Shown: positions 1-8,550 of the stretch, in pieces
Layout: the number at the start of each line of letters is the position of its first letter
Numbering within the stretch: the stretch's first letter is position 1
Source of the DNA: a virus
Lineage: Duplodnaviria; Caudoviricetes
Length of the DNA: 34,350 nt
Virus record (IMG/VR): IMGVR_UViG_3300032225_001080
Location: 1 to 34,350 of that record
Strand: one strand, 5' to 3'
Position numbers and translations under genes: made by a program
Notes under the pieces: generated by a model
The model's input: the letters and a program-made list of their open reading frames with translations, nothing else
Told to the model about the DNA's origin: nothing
The model's database searches: none

Positions 1-1
1 G

Positions 2-100
2 GAGTTAATTCGTTCTCATCCATTAGATGGCGTTGTTCTTTTAGGTAATTGCGATAAAACCCCACCTGGACTATTAATGGGAGCGGCAAGTGTTGATATC
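2..100 (+). other. Internal fragment of an IlvD/Edd-family dehydratase gene (non-phage, low-GC DNA)
   Basis: Frame +2 reads [33 protein letters not shown], containing the CDKT motif of dihydroxy-acid/sugar-acid dehydratases. Positions 1-100 are 42% GC by count, far below the rest; similarity stops abruptly at ~101. Confidence 0.8.
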
Positions 101-159
101 CACGTTGGCGAGACCGGGCCAGACGCCGGCCAGACTGCAAGAACTTGCAAGGACGAGCG

Positions 160-414
160 ATGAACGAGCGCAAGTTGAAGGCGTTCCTGGCGCAGCGCCG
201 CAAGGACGACGACTGGAACGCCGAGCTCGAGGCGATGGCGTCGCTCGCACTGACGCTCGCCATGACCCTCGACACCGACGCCGGCTCTGGCACGGCCGCG
301 GTGGCGCGGGAGTACCGGGCGACCGTCGCCCTGCTGTCGAAGAAGGAGACCGGCGTCAACGATGCCTTTGACCAGCTCGCCGCGCGCCTGTCTGCCCAGG
401 TGGAGCACCGCTAG
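160..414 (+). CDS. Putative terminase small subunit
   Basis: 84-aa helical ORF (ATG 160, AAGGA upstream) just before and overlapping terL; LA..LD...AAVAREYR..L pattern resembles actinophage TerS. Confidence 0.7.
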   Translation: MNERKLKAFLAQRRKDDDWNAELEAMASLALTLAMTLDTDAGSGTAAVAREYRATVALLSKKETGVNDAFDQLAARLSAQVEHR

Positions 415-1795
415 GACCGATCGCCCTACGTGGGGTGGCGAGGTCGCGGCCATCGCCGAGATGATCGGCTTTGAGCTGATGCCCTGGCAGCGGCACGTCG
501 CCGACGTCGCCCTTGAGTACGACTCGTCGACCGAGCGCTTGGTCTACCGAGAGTGCGTGCTGACGATCCCCCGCCAAGCCGGTAAGACCACTCTTCAGCT
601 CGCTCTCATGGCGTGGCGTGCGACGAAGTGGCCCGACCAGCGGATCGTCTACACGGCGCAGACTCGCAACGACGCCTATCTGCAGTTCACCGACAGCCAC
701 GTCGCCGCCCTCGAGCGCTCCGAGCTCGGGTCGATGTTCACAGTGCGCCGATCGAACGGTTCCGAGGCGATCCGTTGGCACAACGGCTCGCTGCACACCA
801 TCGCTGCGACCCACGAGACGAGCTCGCACGGACGCCAGACGGACCTCGGCATCCTCGACGAGGCGTTTCACCTCGTCGACGCTCGCATGGAGCAGGCGCT
901 CAAACCGTCGATGGTGACCCGCGAGCAGCCTCAGCTGTGGGTCGTGTCGACCGCCGGCACCGCCGACAGCACCTACCTGCGCCAAAAGGTCGATCGCGGT
1001 CGGGAGGCTGTGGCGAAGGGCGTGACCGACGGCGTGTGCTTTTTCGAGTGGTCGGCTGACGACGAGCTCGATCCGGCCGACCCGCTCACGTGGCAGTCAT
1101 GTCACCCGGCGCTGGGCCACACAATCGACCTTGACGTGATCCGGTCCGACTTCACGTCGATGGAGCTCGCCGAGTTTGAGCGTGCCTACCTGAACCGCTG
1201 GACGCACGGCATCACCTCGGCGCCAATCCCGGTCTCGACGTGGGAGCGACGCACCGACAAAGAAACATCGCCGGGCGAGGACGTCTGCTTCGCGGTCGAC
1301 TTCGCACCCGACCGCGAGCACGCTTCGGTCGCCGTCGCCGGTCTCGGCCCTGACGGCAAGCACGTTGTCGAGCTCGTCGACCGGCGCACCGGCACCGACT
1401 GGGTCGTCGGGCGACTCGTGCAGCTCTGGGACCGTTGGAAGCCACGCGCCGTCGTGGTCGACCAGGTCGGCCCGGCGTCCACGGTCATCCCCGAGCTTGA
1501 AGCCGCCGGCGTCAACGTCGTGACAACCTCGAGCCGGGACATGGCGCAGGCGTGCGGCCGGCTGTTTGACGCAGTGCTGAACGACAAGGTTCGCCACCTC
1601 GGCCAGCCCGAGTTGACCGCCGCAGTCGCCGGTGCAGCGAAGCGCAAGCTCGGCGACGCCTGGGCGTTCTCGCGCAGCTCGTCGGCGGTGGACATCTCGC
1701 CGCTCGTGGCGGCGACCCTCGCCCTATGGGGCGTGACGACGATTGAACTAGAGGTCGAGCCCGAGGCGCCCGACCCCGTCCTCGCAGTGTGGTGA
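362..1795 (+). CDS. terL: Terminase large subunit
   Basis: Q motif LMPWQ, Walker A IPRQAGKTT, Walker B ILDEAF, STAG coupling motif, nuclease AVDF...VDISP. Exact start uncertain. Confidence 0.95.
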   Translation: MPLTSSPRACLPRWSTARTDRPTWGGEVAAIAEMIGFELMPWQRHVADVALEYDSSTERLVYRECVLTIPRQAGKTTLQLALMAWRATKWPDQRIVYTAQTRNDAYLQFTDSHVAALERSELGSMFTVRRSNGSEAIRWHNGSLHTIAATHETSSHGRQTDLGILDEAFHLVDARMEQALKPSMVTREQPQLWVVSTAGTADSTYLRQKVDRGREAVAKGVTDGVCFFEWSADDELDPADPLTWQSCHPALGHTIDLDVIRSDFTSMELAEFERAYLNRWTHGITSAPIPVSTWERRTDKETSPGEDVCFAVDFAPDREHASVAVAGLGPDGKHVVELVDRRTGTDWVVGRLVQLWDRWKPRAVVVDQVGPASTVIPELEAAGVNVVTTSSRDMAQACGRLFDAVLNDKVRHLGQPELTAAVAGAAKRKLGDAWAFSRSSSAVDISPLVAATLALWGVTTIELEVEPEAPDPVLAVW

Positions 1796-1800
1796 GCCGT

Positions 1801-1944
1801 ATGCGTCAGACCCTCACCACCCTGCTCGAGGTCGTGGGCCTTGTCCTTGTGGTGGCCGCCGCTGCGGCCGTCGACTACCGCCTGGGCCTGCTGGCCGGCG
1901 GCCTTGCCTGCGTCGGCGTGGGCGTACTTCTGGAGCGCCGCTGA
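1801..1944 (+). CDS. Small two-TM membrane protein (47 aa), not in the ORF track
   Basis: MRQTLTTLLEVVGLVLVVAAAAAVDYRLGLLAGGLACVGVGVLLERR; TGATG coupling to portal; such genes are common between terL and portal in HK97-like phages. Confidence 0.8.
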   Translation: MRQTLTTLLEVVGLVLVVAAAAAVDYRLGLLAGGLACVGVGVLLERR

Positions 1945-3104
1945 TGGGTCTGTTCTACCCCGAAAAGCGATCCATGCAGCCGTCGGCGGGCCAGCTCGTG
2001 GCTGCGGCGCAGATGATGCGCCTCGACCCGGCGTTCGCACCGCTGAACACCGACAACGCAATGGCGCATAGCGCCGTGTTTGCCTGCGTCAACCTTTACA
2101 GCCGACTCATCTCTACGCTGCCGTTCCACGCTTACCGGGACGCCGACGGCATTTCCCGCCGCCTGCCGAACGACCCGCCGATCCTCGTGACGCCCAACGT
2201 CGGCCAGCCGATCACCCACTGGGTGTCGAGCGTGGTGCAGTCGCTGGTGCTTCGGGGCAACGCTTTCGGGCTCGTCGTCAGTCGGGGCGCCAACAACCTG
2301 CCGACGGCGGTGCAGGTGCTGCACCCCGACTTGGTCAACGCCCGCTACGACTGGCGCACCGACGCTGTCGAGTATCGCATCGGCGGCGTGCCGATGGACT
2401 CGTCGAAGATTTGGCACGCGGCGATCAACGTCGGCCCCGGCTCGCCGCTCGGCATGTCGGTGCTCGACAAGGCGAAGATCAGTGTCGGCCTCGGCACTTC
2501 GTCGCAGACCTACGGCATCCAGTTTTTCCAGTCCGGCGGTCAGCCCAACGGCGTGCTGGAGACCGACGCCGAGATCACCGCCGATCAGGCCAACTCGATC
2601 AAGGATCGGTGGAACGCTGCGGTGGCCAACCGTCGCGGCGTCGCGGTGCTTGGTCAAGGCTTCTCGTACAAGCCGATTGGCGTGCTGCCGTCGGACACCG
2701 AGTTCCTCAACGCCTACCGCCTTAGCGTGCAGGACGTTTGCCGCTTTTTCGCTGTGCCGCCCGAGATGGTCGGCGCAGACGCTGGCAACTCGATGACCTA
2801 CAAGAACCTCGAAGGCCGGGCGCTTGACCTGCTGCGCTTCGCCTTCGATCCGGTCATCGTCGAGGTCGAGCGTGGTTTGTCGACGTTCCTGCCTCGCCCG
2901 CAGTACGTCGAAGCCAATCGCGACTCGCTGCTGCGCATGACGACCTCGGAGCGGTACGCGGCGCACGCATCTGCCCTCGGTGCCGGTTGGAAGACCGTTG
3001 ACGAGGTTCGCCAGACCGAGAACCTTCCCCCGATGGCCGACGTGGTGCCTGCCCAGGCGCCCGCCGAGCCCCCGACCACGCCGGCCGTTGAGCCGGGCTC
3101 CTGA
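1944..3104 (+). CDS. Portal protein, HK97 family
   Basis: SAVFACVNLYS..ISTLP, LVLRGNAF, LGMSVL, FFQSGGQPNGVL, DVCRFFAVPPEMVG, TVDEVRQTENLPP. Confidence 0.95.
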   Translation: MGLFYPEKRSMQPSAGQLVAAAQMMRLDPAFAPLNTDNAMAHSAVFACVNLYSRLISTLPFHAYRDADGISRRLPNDPPILVTPNVGQPITHWVSSVVQSLVLRGNAFGLVVSRGANNLPTAVQVLHPDLVNARYDWRTDAVEYRIGGVPMDSSKIWHAAINVGPGSPLGMSVLDKAKISVGLGTSSQTYGIQFFQSGGQPNGVLETDAEITADQANSIKDRWNAAVANRRGVAVLGQGFSYKPIGVLPSDTEFLNAYRLSVQDVCRFFAVPPEMVGADAGNSMTYKNLEGRALDLLRFAFDPVIVEVERGLSTFLPRPQYVEANRDSLLRMTTSERYAAHASALGAGWKTVDEVRQTENLPPMADVVPAQAPAEPPTTPAVEPGS

Positions 3105-3115
3105 CGAGGTACACC

Positions 3116-4336
3116 ATGTCCGACGCCTCGATGTCGACCTACACGCCAGTGCCGCAGCCGGCGCCGCAGACCGAGCTGATTGACGGCTTGCGCAGCCTGT
3201 TCGACGCCAACTTTGAGCACTACGCCACAGCGCACGGCGCCCACTGGAACGTCATTGGGTACAACTTCCCCGAGCAGCACGCCTTCCTACAGGGCGTCTA
3301 CGAGGCCGCTCAGGGACGCATCGACGACATCGCCGAGTGGATCAGGCGCTTCGACGCTCCGGCACCGACAGTCATCGGACCCGGTGGCACCGACATGGTG
3401 CTCGGCGATTTCTGCGAGATCGCCACGGTGCTGCTCGGTCAGGTTGAGGCGTTCATTGAGCTGCTCAAGGCGCTGCTCGTCGCCGCTGACGCTGCCAACG
3501 AACAGGGCCTCGTCAACTTCCTCGCCGAGCTGCAGGACGAGTCGCAGAAGCGTCGCTGGATGCTGCGTTCAATCCTCACCGCCGTCGGCGACGAGGCCGA
3601 GGAGGACGGCATCGCCGAGGGCACCGTCGTGCTTGACCAGGTCGACGGCCCGGACCTTCCCGAGGTCCAGCCGGTCGTCGCCGAGGTTGAGCCTGCGGGC
3701 GCCGACGACCCTGCGCCGATGCGCTCGCTCGAGGTTGACTGCGAGTACCGCCGCACCGAGGCCGGCGTCGACGTGCCGACGACCGAGCGTCGCCTTTCCG
3801 AACGCCTTGAGCTGCGCTCCGAGGGCGACAATCTGACCGTCGAAGGCTACGCAACGGTCTACAACTACGCCTACGACATCGCCGGCGGTCCCGATCAGGG
3901 CGGCTTTACCGAGACCATCGCTCGAGGCGCAGCAGCCAAGTCGGCGAAAGAGGCCGACGTCGTGTTATTGGTCGATCACGAAGGCACGCCGCTTGCTCGT
4001 ACCAAGTCGGGCACGCTCGAGCTGGAGTCCGACGACATCGGCCTGCGAGTGCGTGCCGAGCTTGACCCGGCCAACCCGAAGGTCGCCGAGCTGCGCTCCG
4101 CCATGAGTCGCGGCGACATGAACGCCATGAGCTTCGCCTTCCGCGTCGTGCGCGACGCCTGGGACTCCGGGTACACCAACCGGATCATCTCGGAGGTGAA
4201 GCTCCACGACGTGAGCGTGGTCGGCTTCCCGGCCAACCCCGCCACCGTCGCCCAACTGCGCAGCGAGGAGGAGGCCGCCCCCACCGGGCGCAGCCTCGAC
4301 CTTGCACGCCGTCAGCTGCTCGTCACCGAGCTTTGA
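3116..4336 (+). CDS. Dps/ferritin-like domain fused to HK97-family prohead protease
   Basis: Residues ~19-155: HWNVIGYNFPEQH...DDIAEWIR...QKRRWML (Dps). Acidic/Pro linker follows. Residues ~225-385: VEGYATVYN, FTETI, LLVDH, GTLEL..DDIGL, MSFAF, LHDVSVVGFPA (prohead protease). Single uninterrupted frame; GAGG upstream. Confidence 0.9.
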   Translation: MSDASMSTYTPVPQPAPQTELIDGLRSLFDANFEHYATAHGAHWNVIGYNFPEQHAFLQGVYEAAQGRIDDIAEWIRRFDAPAPTVIGPGGTDMVLGDFCEIATVLLGQVEAFIELLKALLVAADAANEQGLVNFLAELQDESQKRRWMLRSILTAVGDEAEEDGIAEGTVVLDQVDGPDLPEVQPVVAEVEPAGADDPAPMRSLEVDCEYRRTEAGVDVPTTERRLSERLELRSEGDNLTVEGYATVYNYAYDIAGGPDQGGFTETIARGAAAKSAKEADVVLLVDHEGTPLARTKSGTLELESDDIGLRVRAELDPANPKVAELRSAMSRGDMNAMSFAFRVVRDAWDSGYTNRIISEVKLHDVSVVGFPANPATVAQLRSEEEAAPTGRSLDLARRQLLVTEL

Positions 4337-4443
4337 CACTTGTCACGCCGACCCACGCCGCGCGCCGCCGGAGCCTTCGGGCCACCACGTCGCACACCTG
4401 GGCCACCTGACGCGTCCCATCAACCCATCCGAGGGAGACCCAG

Positions 4444-5790
4444 ATGCTCGAGCAGATCCGCTCGCTCATCGCCGACGCGCTCACCGAGCGCGAGGGCGCC
4501 CAGGAACGGCTCACCGCACTCCTCGACTCCGTCGAGACCGAGGGCCGCTCCGACCTGACCCCCGAGGAGGTCGCCGACTTCGACGCCGCTCGCAACGAGC
4601 TGCGCGAGATCGACGAGCGCCTCACCGAACTTCGAGCCCAGGAGGCCGACATGTCCGAGCAGGACGCCATCCAGACCGAGGCAGCGGAGACCCGCGCCGA
4701 GATCGCCCACGCCGCCGACCTTCGTGTCGGTCGTGAGGCCACGACCTACCGCGCCGACGGGGAGTTTGACTTCTTCGCCGACGCAATCAACGCCAAGCAC
4801 GACACGCAGGCTGCGGCCCGCATCGAGCGCAACCGCATCGAGATGGCGCATGAGTACCGCGCCAACGGCACCTCCGGCGACTTCGGTGGCCTCGTGGTCC
4901 CGCAGTACCTGGTCGATCAGTTCGCCCCGGTTCTCGTCTCGGGCCGCCCGTTCCTGACCGCCGTCACGCAGGTCCCGCTGCCTGACTCCGGCATGAACCT
5001 GACGATTCCGCGTGGCTCGACCGGCACCTCGGTGGCGGCGGTCGCGACCGAGAACACCTCGGTCTCGAACACCAGCTACGTCGAGTCCGATTTGGTGGTG
5101 CCTGTCCGCACGTTCGCGGGTCAGCAGGTCGTGAGCCGTCAGTCCATCGAGCGCGGCACCGGCATTGCTTCCATCCTGCTCGCCGACCTGTTCCAGCAGT
5201 ACGCGACGAAGGTGAACGTCTCCGCCATCTCGGGTGACGGCACCGCCGGAAGCCACTACGGCATCCTCAACACCACGTCGGTTGCGACGGTGGGCTGGAC
5301 CGGCACGACCGGCGCGTCCTTCATCAGTTCGCTGCACAAGGCGATCGGCACCATCAACGCCGCTCGGTACGCAGCAGCCGACCTCATCGTGATGCACCCC
5401 CGCCGCTGGGCGTGGCTGTGCGCGCAGTCCGACACGTCGAACCGCCCGCTCGTGCAGATCGACGGCCCCGGCTTCAACGCCGTCGGCAACGGTGCGGCGT
5501 CTGCGTACAACGGCGTCGGCTCCATCGCCGGCGTCAAGGTCGTCACCGACGCCGGCGTGCCCATCAACCTCGGCAGCAGCACCAACGAGGACCGGGTCAT
5601 CGTCACCCGCTCCGCGGACGTGCTGTTCATGGAGGCCGCTGGCGCCCCGGTGGGCCTGCAGCTCGAGGAGGTCCTTGCGGACCAGCTCTCGGTGCGCATG
5701 GTCACCTATGGCTTCTCGGCCTTCACCGCTGGCCGCTACCCGGTGGCAACGGCGATTTTGACCGGAACTGGATTTACCTCAGTTCTGTAA
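4444..5790 (+). CDS. Major capsid protein, HK97 fold, with N-terminal coiled-coil delta domain
   Basis: Acidic coiled-coil N-terminus, EYRA/NGTSGDFGGLVVPQY, GDGT...GILN, IVMHPRRW; GAGGGAG SD; follows the protease. Confidence 0.93.
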   Translation: MLEQIRSLIADALTEREGAQERLTALLDSVETEGRSDLTPEEVADFDAARNELREIDERLTELRAQEADMSEQDAIQTEAAETRAEIAHAADLRVGREATTYRADGEFDFFADAINAKHDTQAAARIERNRIEMAHEYRANGTSGDFGGLVVPQYLVDQFAPVLVSGRPFLTAVTQVPLPDSGMNLTIPRGSTGTSVAAVATENTSVSNTSYVESDLVVPVRTFAGQQVVSRQSIERGTGIASILLADLFQQYATKVNVSAISGDGTAGSHYGILNTTSVATVGWTGTTGASFISSLHKAIGTINAARYAAADLIVMHPRRWAWLCAQSDTSNRPLVQIDGPGFNAVGNGAASAYNGVGSIAGVKVVTDAGVPINLGSSTNEDRVIVTRSADVLFMEAAGAPVGLQLEEVLADQLSVRMVTYGFSAFTAGRYPVATAILTGTGFTSVL

Positions 5791-5807
5791 TCGCAGCCTC
5801 GCTAGTC

Positions 5808-5848
5808 CGAGAGGGGCCGGTGCTTGACAGCGGCACCGGTCCCTCTCG
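5808..5848 (+). terminator. 16-bp stem-loop after the capsid gene (terminator/attenuator or stabiliser)
   Basis: CGAGAGGGGCCGGTGC (5808-5823) pairs with GCACCGGTCCCTCTCG (5833-5848), with one G-U; no U tract. Confidence 0.6.
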
Positions 5849-5874
5849 CTGTCACCCGCTGTCACCGCTGTCAC
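5847..5874 (+). repeat. Three near-tandem CGCTGTCAC repeats
   Basis: Copies at 5847-5855, 5857-5865 and 5866-5874, directly before the GGAGGG SD. Confidence 0.9.
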
Positions 5875-5889
5875 TTGGAGGGCAATCCA

Positions 5890-6675
5890 ATGACCACCGG
5901 CCACCCCGGCAAGGTCCTCGTGGCGTTCCCATCGACGGGCCACGACATCAGCACCCGCTGGTTGAAGTCGTTCGTCGAGATGGAGCGCTACGACCGGCAC
6001 TGGGGCTACCTGACGTGGGAGCGCATGGGCGCACCCGAGTCACCGAACCCCGACGACATCAGGCTGTTCGGCGAGTACGTCTGCATCGAGTCCAGCAACA
6101 ACCTCAGTAAGGCCCGCAACACCTTGGTGCGCGGCTTCATGACCGAGGACCGGTTCGCCGAGTGCGACTGGCTGTTGTTCTTGGACACCGACATGGTCTT
6201 CGACCCTGACCTGCTGCAACGCATGGTCGGACGGGCCACCGAGCTCGGGCTCAACATCCTCGGAGCGACCTGCGTGGTCGTCACCGAGCACGGCGCCATC
6301 CCGACGCTGTTCGTGCCCGACAAGGACACCGTCACCAGCGTCCTGCTGGACTACCCAGACGACACCGTCGCCGAGCTCGCAGCAACCGGCACCGGCTGCC
6401 TGCTGGTCCACCGCAAAGTATTCGCCGACATGCAGGACGCCGCCGGCGGCTCAACTCACTGCTGGTTCGGCTACGACCTGCTCGCCAGTGACACCGGGCG
6501 CGAGTTTGAGTGCGGCGAGGACATCAGTTTTTGCCTTCGGGCCGCAAAGGCCGGGCACAAGACGTACGTCGACACCACGCTGCACGTCGGGCACCACAAG
6601 GGCGCCAAGACCTGGTGGCCCGAGGACGCTCGCAAGAACCCGGTGCCCGCCGACACTGTCCTTGAGGCCACGTGA
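5890..6675 (+). CDS. GT-A fold (GT2-like) glycosyltransferase
   Basis: LSKARNTLV, WLLFLDTDM (DxD), TGTGCLLVHRKVF, GEDISFCLRA, VGH; ATG 5890 with GGAGG SD. Confidence 0.88.
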   Translation: MTTGHPGKVLVAFPSTGHDISTRWLKSFVEMERYDRHWGYLTWERMGAPESPNPDDIRLFGEYVCIESSNNLSKARNTLVRGFMTEDRFAECDWLLFLDTDMVFDPDLLQRMVGRATELGLNILGATCVVVTEHGAIPTLFVPDKDTVTSVLLDYPDDTVAELAATGTGCLLVHRKVFADMQDAAGGSTHCWFGYDLLASDTGREFECGEDISFCLRAAKAGHKTYVDTTLHVGHHKGAKTWWPEDARKNPVPADTVLEAT

Positions 6676-7490
6676 GGCTCGGGCCCGACGCAGCTCGTTA
6701 CTGGATTGCCGGGTCCGGCAAGCCTGTCGCCCGGCCGTTTCACTTGCGGTGGCTACTTCCGGCGCTCTGTCGCAACGTAGAGCACCGCTGGTGGGCCGTA
6801 TGGCTCGCCTCGTGGCCGCTCGCCGCCGTCGCCTGCGTCGCATGGGCCCACGGCCGAGGCGCCTCTGTGGGCGTTTCAGTAGCCGCAGCGGCGCTCCTGC
6901 TGGCATTGCCGGGCGTGCTCGGCCCAGAGGTCGCCCGCCCGGTCGGCGTTGACCTACCCGCCCTGGCGCTCGGACTCGCCGCCGCCGCCTGTTTCGCCAA
7001 CCACCAGCCCGCCGCCGGCGTGGCGGTGGTGCTGGTCGCAGCCTCGGTCCGTGAGACCGCACCGGTGGCCGTCGCCCTGTGGTGCTGGTCGCCGCTGCCG
7101 CTTGTCGGTCTCGTCGTCCCGGCGATCGTCGCCCTAGTGCGCCGGCCGCAGCTCGACGACGTGACCGCCCAGCCGCTACTGCGTCACGTTCACGAGCATC
7201 CGGTGCGCTCGGCCCTCGAGCATCACCGAGGCGCATGGCGCGACGCCTGGCAGACCGTCGCACCCTGGGGCGCCACGCTGGCCGCCCTGCTCAACGTGAC
7301 GCCGCAGCTCGTCGCCACGCTCGTCGTGGCCCACGCCCAACTGCTCGTCGCCACCGACAACGTGCGGCTCACGCAGACGCTCGCCGGGCCCGTCGTGGCG
7401 CTGGCCGCCGCCCAAGTCATTTCGCCGCACTGGCTGCCGCTCGTCGTGATCGTCCACGCCGCGTGGTGGCGCAAGCCCGTCCTGGTCTGA
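6672..7490 (+). CDS. Multi-pass membrane protein, possibly a GT-C-fold glycosyltransferase
   Basis: Many hydrophobic segments; N-terminal D..Y and RPFHLRWLLP loop and SVRET motif are reminiscent of GT-C proteins; GTGA-coupled to the GT2 gene. Function is inference. Confidence 0.55.
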   Translation: MRLGPDAARYWIAGSGKPVARPFHLRWLLPALCRNVEHRWWAVWLASWPLAAVACVAWAHGRGASVGVSVAAAALLLALPGVLGPEVARPVGVDLPALALGLAAAACFANHQPAAGVAVVLVAASVRETAPVAVALWCWSPLPLVGLVVPAIVALVRRPQLDDVTAQPLLRHVHEHPVRSALEHHRGAWRDAWQTVAPWGATLAALLNVTPQLVATLVVAHAQLLVATDNVRLTQTLAGPVVALAAAQVISPHWLPLVVIVHAAWWRKPVLV

Positions 7491-7498
7491 GGTTTCCG

Positions 7499-8143
7499 AT
7501 GGCAATCACGAACGGCTACCTGACCCGCGACGAGGCACGGCGCTACGCCGGAATGTCCGACCTCGCCGACACCGAGCTGCTCGACGACGTCGTCACGACC
7601 GTCTCGCGCATGATCGACAACGCCTGCCAGCGTCACTTCTGGCAGACCGCAGCGAGCACCGACCGGGTGTTCCGCACGCAGGACCTATACCGACTCGTCT
7701 TCGGACCGTTCAACGACCTAGTGACCCTGACGGCGATCACGTTCGACCGGGCTGGCACCGGCACGTTCAACGAGTCGCTGAGCCTCACCAACGTCGTGCT
7801 CTCGACCGGCAAGATGGCCGACAACGCCTCGGCCTACGCCGAGCCGCACCCATACACCGAAGCCAACCTCGTCAACATGATCTACTGGCCGATTCCCGGC
7901 GGCACCGCCGGCACTCGACGCCAGCAGCTCACCAAGATCACCGGCACATGGGGCTGGCCCGCCGTCCCGGCGATGGTCAAGCAGGCGTGCCGCCTGCAGG
8001 TGGCTCGAATCATGAAGCGCCAGGAGTCGCCGCTCGGCGTCGCCGGTTTCGGCGAGTTCGGCGTGGTGCGCGTGTCGCGCCTTGATCCCGACATCGACGC
8101 CCTGCTGCAGCCCTACAAGCTGCTGTCGCCGGGGATCGGCTGA
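7499..8143 (+). CDS. Head-to-tail adaptor
   Basis: MAITNGYLT.DE, VSRMIDNACQRHF, ITGTWGWPAVP..VKQAC, DPDIDALLQPY. Confidence 0.85.
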   Translation: MAITNGYLTRDEARRYAGMSDLADTELLDDVVTTVSRMIDNACQRHFWQTAASTDRVFRTQDLYRLVFGPFNDLVTLTAITFDRAGTGTFNESLSLTNVVLSTGKMADNASAYAEPHPYTEANLVNMIYWPIPGGTAGTRRQQLTKITGTWGWPAVPAMVKQACRLQVARIMKRQESPLGVAGFGEFGVVRVSRLDPDIDALLQPYKLLSPGIG

Positions 8144-8550
8144 TGCCGGCCACCAACACCGACGTCCTTGACGGCATCCAGACCGCCGTCTCGGCCGGCT
8201 GTCCTGGCGTCAACTTCTACCGCCTGCCGCCGATGGAGATCGTCGCCCCGGCGGTGCTGGTCACCGGGTTCACGTTTGAGCCTCACGTCGAGTTCGGCGA
8301 CGGCGCCCGCCGGTTCAACGTCGACCTGACGGTCTGCGTGTCGGCGCGCCAAGTGTCGCTGTTCGACGACCTGCTGCGTCTCGTCGAGCCGTCCGACACG
8401 CGCAGCGTGCAGCGGGCGCTCGAGGCCGACGGCACGCTCGGCAGCCGGGTGTCCGACCTGCGACTACTGCAGACCGGCGACTTGCGCGAGTTCACCGTCG
8501 GCGAGACCGGCTTTTGGGCAATGACTCTGACGGTCGAGGTCTGGGGCTAA
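8143..8550 (+). CDS. Putative tail terminator / head-tail joining protein
   Basis: 135 aa, TGATG-coupled; SVQRALEADGTLG motif; position in the head-tail block. Confidence 0.65.
   Translation: MPATNTDVLDGIQTAVSAGCPGVNFYRLPPMEIVAPAVLVTGFTFEPHVEFGDGARRFNVDLTVCVSARQVSLFDDLLRLVEPSDTRSVQRALEADGTLGSRVSDLRLLQTGDLREFTVGETGFWAMTLTVEVWG

Noticed and set aside
1-101. Left-end bacterial DNA as a prophage attL junction
   Set aside because: The junction is at the terminase end, over 22 kb from the recombinase, and the flank GC is inconsistent with the phage.
3116-5790. Dps plus HK97-fold shell as a bacterial encapsulin operon
   Set aside because: Flanked by terminase, portal and a full tail module, and the shell has a delta domain; it is a phage head, so encapsulin is only an analogy.
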